NCBI GenBank assembly: GCA_947303225.1 | Contig: CAMYXG010000001.1 | Location: 1 to 34,970, forward strand | Direction: 5' to 3' | Source of the DNA: an uncultured Bacillales bacterium | GTDB taxonomy: Bacteria; Bacillota_I; Bacilli_A; RF39; UBA660 | Length of the DNA: 34,970 nucleotides | Part shown: positions 32,857-34,970 of the stretch, piece by piece | Layout of the letters: each line of letters starts with the position of its first letter | Position numbering within the stretch: position 1 is the first letter of the stretch | Notes under the pieces: generated by a model | The model's database searches: none | Told to the model about the DNA's origin: nothing | The model's input: the letters and a program-made list of their open reading frames with translations, nothing else | Position numbers and translations under genes: made by a program

Positions 32857-33873
32857 ATGAATGTAATTGTAGCAAATGAACAGCAAAATCAATTGTCTAA
32901 TTTAGATATTGATATTATAAAAAGTGTTAGTGGTGTTTATGATGCTTCTGAAATTGTAGAAATGTTCAAGAGCTTTTTTTATAGTAAGATGATTTTAGAT
33001 GTTTCTTCTCTTAAAAACTACTCTGATATAAAGACATATGAATTGTTAGTACAAGGATTAGATGCTGATAAAATTATTTTTTTATTGCCAGAAGGTAGTC
33101 AACTATGTACGCCTAATTTTTTATCGCAATTGATTTCTATTGGAATTTATAATTTTACTACTAATTTAAATGGTATTAAGTATTTATTAAAGAAACCTAA
33201 TTCTTTGAAAGATGTAGAACATATTCGCAATATGGCAACGATTCATGATTCTGATGAAGCAGGAGCTGCTGTAGCGACTGTTGCTACTACTTCAAAAGTT
33301 CAAGATGGATCTACAATTATTGGGGTAAAAAATATTACGGAACATGCTGGTGCTACTACGTTTATTTATTTATTAAAAAAAGAGTTAGCTTTTACGTATG
33401 GTGCAGACAATGTTATTGCTATTGAAATTGATAAGAATGATTTTCAATTATTTCGAGATAAAAATATGATTTCTGTTAAACAAGCGGAAATTAAGAATGC
33501 TATACAAAAGTATTCTTCAGCATCTTTTATTTTAATTGATTTGAATACTTCAACAGATGATAGTTTTTGTGGTGATGTCTTGTATTTAATGGAACCTAGT
33601 ACTATTCGATTAAATCGTTTGGTTACTAGAAATAAGTTTGTGTTTACGAAATTAGTTAATAAAAAAGTTGTTTTAAATCAGAGCTTATTATTAAATAATG
33701 ATGTTTTTGATTTTGAAAAAGAAGCGGGTATTAAAGTATTTTATAATATGCCTCCTCTTGATGAAAGAAAGAGGAATGGTGTTGTAAATGATTTTCTTTC
33801 AAAATTGGGTGTTTTGAATGAAAAGAATCATAATAGTAATTCTGGTAAAATATTTGGATTATTTCGTCGTTAA
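32857..33873 (+). CDS. TadZ/CpaE-like protein: receiver-like N-domain plus MinD/ParA-like domain with a degenerate Walker A
   Basis: STIIGVKNITEHAGATTFIYLLKKELA sits where the deviant Walker A (KGGxGKT) would be, followed by a FILIDLN Walker-B-like strand. The N-terminal ~110 aa alternate hydrophobic strand-like and polar segments in a receiver-like way, but I see no obvious phosphoacceptor. Assignment is weak. Confidence 0.45.
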   Translation: MNVIVANEQQNQLSNLDIDIIKSVSGVYDASEIVEMFKSFFYSKMILDVSSLKNYSDIKTYELLVQGLDADKIIFLLPEGSQLCTPNFLSQLISIGIYNFTTNLNGIKYLLKKPNSLKDVEHIRNMATIHDSDEAGAAVATVATTSKVQDGSTIIGVKNITEHAGATTFIYLLKKELAFTYGADNVIAIEIDKNDFQLFRDKNMISVKQAEIKNAIQKYSSASFILIDLNTSTDDSFCGDVLYLMEPSTIRLNRLVTRNKFVFTKLVNKKVVLNQSLLLNNDVFDFEKEAGIKVFYNMPPLDERKRNGVVNDFLSKLGVLNEKNHNSNSGKIFGLFRR

Positions 33874-33876
33874 GAA

Positions 33877-33906
33877 TTGACAAATTCTATTTATTAATAT
33901 TATAAT
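33877..33906 (+). promoter_or_regulatory. Consensus sigma-A promoter
   Basis: TTGACA (33877-33882), 18 nt, then TATAAT (33901-33906). Confidence 0.65.
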
Positions 33907-33931
33907 ATTGTTATGAAAGAGAGGTTGTATT

Positions 33932-34237
33932 ATGGATTCTTGTATGGGTTTGACGCCAATTGTTAGAGTTATTAAGCATGGAGTTTTTCCTATTGTACAA
34001 TTGGGAATTCCTATTCTTTTGATTGTATTTGGAACTATTGACTTAGGTAAAGCAGTTATTGCTAGTGAAGAAAAAGAAGTTAAGGCTGCTCAAAGTCGTT
34101 TAATTAAGAGATTTATTTATGCTGCACTTGTATTCTTTATTTCTACAATGGTTTATGCACTTATGAATATTGTAGGAACAGGTGGAGCAGAAGATGCTAA
34201 CACTAGTAGTTGGGCTAGATGTTGGGAAGATGCTTAA
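33932..34237 (+). CDS. Small two-TM membrane protein, VirB2/TrbC-like (pilin-like conjugal-transfer-protein type)
   Basis: Two-TM hairpin: GVFPIVQLGIPILLIVFGTIDLGKAV, then the charged loop ASEEKEVKAAQSRLIKR, then FIYAALVFFISTMVYALMNIV. The pattern resembles Gram-positive and mollicute VirB2-like pilins. Confidence 0.5.
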   Translation: MDSCMGLTPIVRVIKHGVFPIVQLGIPILLIVFGTIDLGKAVIASEEKEVKAAQSRLIKRFIYAALVFFISTMVYALMNIVGTGGAEDANTSSWARCWEDA

Positions 34238-34249
34238 TTATTAAAAATA

Positions 34250-34280
34250 AAATAGTAATTTCATTGCTATTTTTTTTTTG
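34250..34280 (+). terminator. Rho-independent terminator
   Basis: A 10-bp stem aaatagtaat (34250-34259) pairs with attgctattt (34263-34272), including one G-U pair, followed by a T-run. Confidence 0.6.
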
Positions 34281-34306
34281 TTCTGTTATACTTATTATGA
34301 TATAAT
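34278..34306 (+). promoter_or_regulatory. Sigma-A promoter with an extended -10
   Basis: ttgttc (34278-34283), 17 nt, then TGaTATAAT (34298-34306). Confidence 0.55.
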
Positions 34307-34323
34307 ATAGTTGGAGTGATTTT

Positions 34324-34818
34324 ATGAAAAAGACGTTTATTATGATATTTTTTGTTGGTATTCTATTTTTTTGTTCTCCAACAACTAGTTATGCTTTAGA
34401 TGTTCATTCTTTTTCATCTTATTTTTCGAATTCTATATCTATTTTAGAAAAAAAAGAAGTGAATGGTGGAATTGGTTCTGTTGATGATGCTGGAATAGAT
34501 ATGAGTAAATATAATCAAGATGTAGATTGTGAAGGTTTATTGGGAAATCCGGCATCTGATACTGAATCTGTGGCTTGGCTAATACAAAAGGCATTAGATA
34601 TTGTAAAGATAGTTGGGCCTTTATTGGTTGTTGTTTTAAGTAGTGTTGATTTTGCAAAAGTTATTGTAACAAGTGATGATGAAGCAATGGCTAAAGCTGC
34701 TAAAAAGTTAGCAATACGATTAGTGTTAGCAGCTGCATTGTTCTTTATTCCTGTTTTAACTACAGCTATGTTACAAGTTTTTGGTATTTTTGGAGATCCA
34801 ACTTGCAATATTCAATAA
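34324..34818 (+). CDS. Secreted/membrane VirB2/TrbC-like protein, longer paralog-type of 33932-34237
   Basis: Signal peptide IMIFFVGILFFCSPTTSYA|L, then the hairpin IVKIVGPLLVVVLSSVDFAKVIV / TSDDEAMAKAAKKLAIR / LVLAAALFFIPVLTTAMLQVFG. Confidence 0.5.
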   Translation: MKKTFIMIFFVGILFFCSPTTSYALDVHSFSSYFSNSISILEKKEVNGGIGSVDDAGIDMSKYNQDVDCEGLLGNPASDTESVAWLIQKALDIVKIVGPLLVVVLSSVDFAKVIVTSDDEAMAKAAKKLAIRLVLAAALFFIPVLTTAMLQVFGIFGDPTCNIQ

Positions 34819-34833
34819 ATGAGGTGATGATGA

Positions 34834-34970
34834 ATGGGTGAAACTGATTTAACAAAAGCAGATTTTCAACATGATGTTATTCGTTTGGCTTTTTCAATGC
34901 TTGATAGGCCCTTTTTTTGGTTGCTTACACTTTTGTATCAATTGTTTTTTAATGTTGCTTCTGTTGAATT
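34834..34970 (+). CDS. Partial ORF (5' end only) continuing beyond the window
   Basis: ATG 34834 lies 6 nt after gaggtga. It reads MGETDLTKADFQHDVIRLAFSMLDRPFFWLLTLLYQLFFNVASVE and is open to the window edge, with a hydrophobic segment beginning. Function unknown. Confidence 0.45.
   Translation, partial: MGETDLTKADFQHDVIRLAFSMLDRPFFWLLTLLYQLFFNVASVE

Noticed and set aside
1-34970. A search for CRISPR arrays, tRNA/rRNA genes, integrases, transposases and inverted-repeat-bounded elements.
   Set aside because: By eye I saw no regularly spaced direct repeats, no cloverleaf-like or rRNA-like GC-rich segments, and no ORF with recombinase or transposase motifs. This was not a computational scan, so short elements could have been missed.

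Overview
This is a 34,970-bp window of very AT-rich DNA, roughly 30% GC by eye. It uses the standard bacterial code: TGA, TAA and TAG all act as stops and Trp is TGG. It looks like a low-GC Gram-positive (Bacillota) chromosome, and nearly every gene is on the + strand.

Bases 1-14128 are ordinary housekeeping genes:
- the 3' end of an adenylate-forming ligase gene
- a hybrid sensor kinase
- a transglutaminase-like protein
- TspO (the only minus-strand gene)
- a rhomboid protease
- the Bacillus-type block ireB/yrzL-ruvX-DUF1292-mltG-O-methyltransferase-2x peptidase U32
- an HD-domain dGTPase-like protein
- greA
- a lipoprotein

Bases 14211-34970 form one co-directional accessory locus, which I consider the interesting part. 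Its downstream half has Tad/type IVc-pilus-like gene content, in this order:
- CpaB-like protein
- TadA/CpaF-like ATPase
- TadB-like and TadC-like membrane proteins
- a 55-aa Flp-like ORF that is missing from the ORF track
- two paralogous 144-aa pseudopilin-like proteins
- a TadZ/CpaE-like protein with a degenerate P-loop

Its upstream half is not part of any canonical Tad locus. It holds two diverged tandem copies of a 4-gene cassette, separated by a polytopic membrane protein. Each cassette encodes:
- a membrane-anchored Ig-like/adhesin-like protein
- a class-B-like sortase-fold enzyme
- a roughly 900-aa secreted protein with about 30 cysteines and no family I recognise
- a small prepilin-like protein

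Each cassette carries one broken gene, and the broken gene differs between them. None of the locus proteins has a recognisable sortase sorting signal. Two VirB2/TrbC-like small membrane proteins and a further partial ORF follow, so the locus runs off the 3' edge of the window.

I saw no tRNA, rRNA, CRISPR array, integrase or transposase. All functional calls come from motif recognition by eye. No database search was run.
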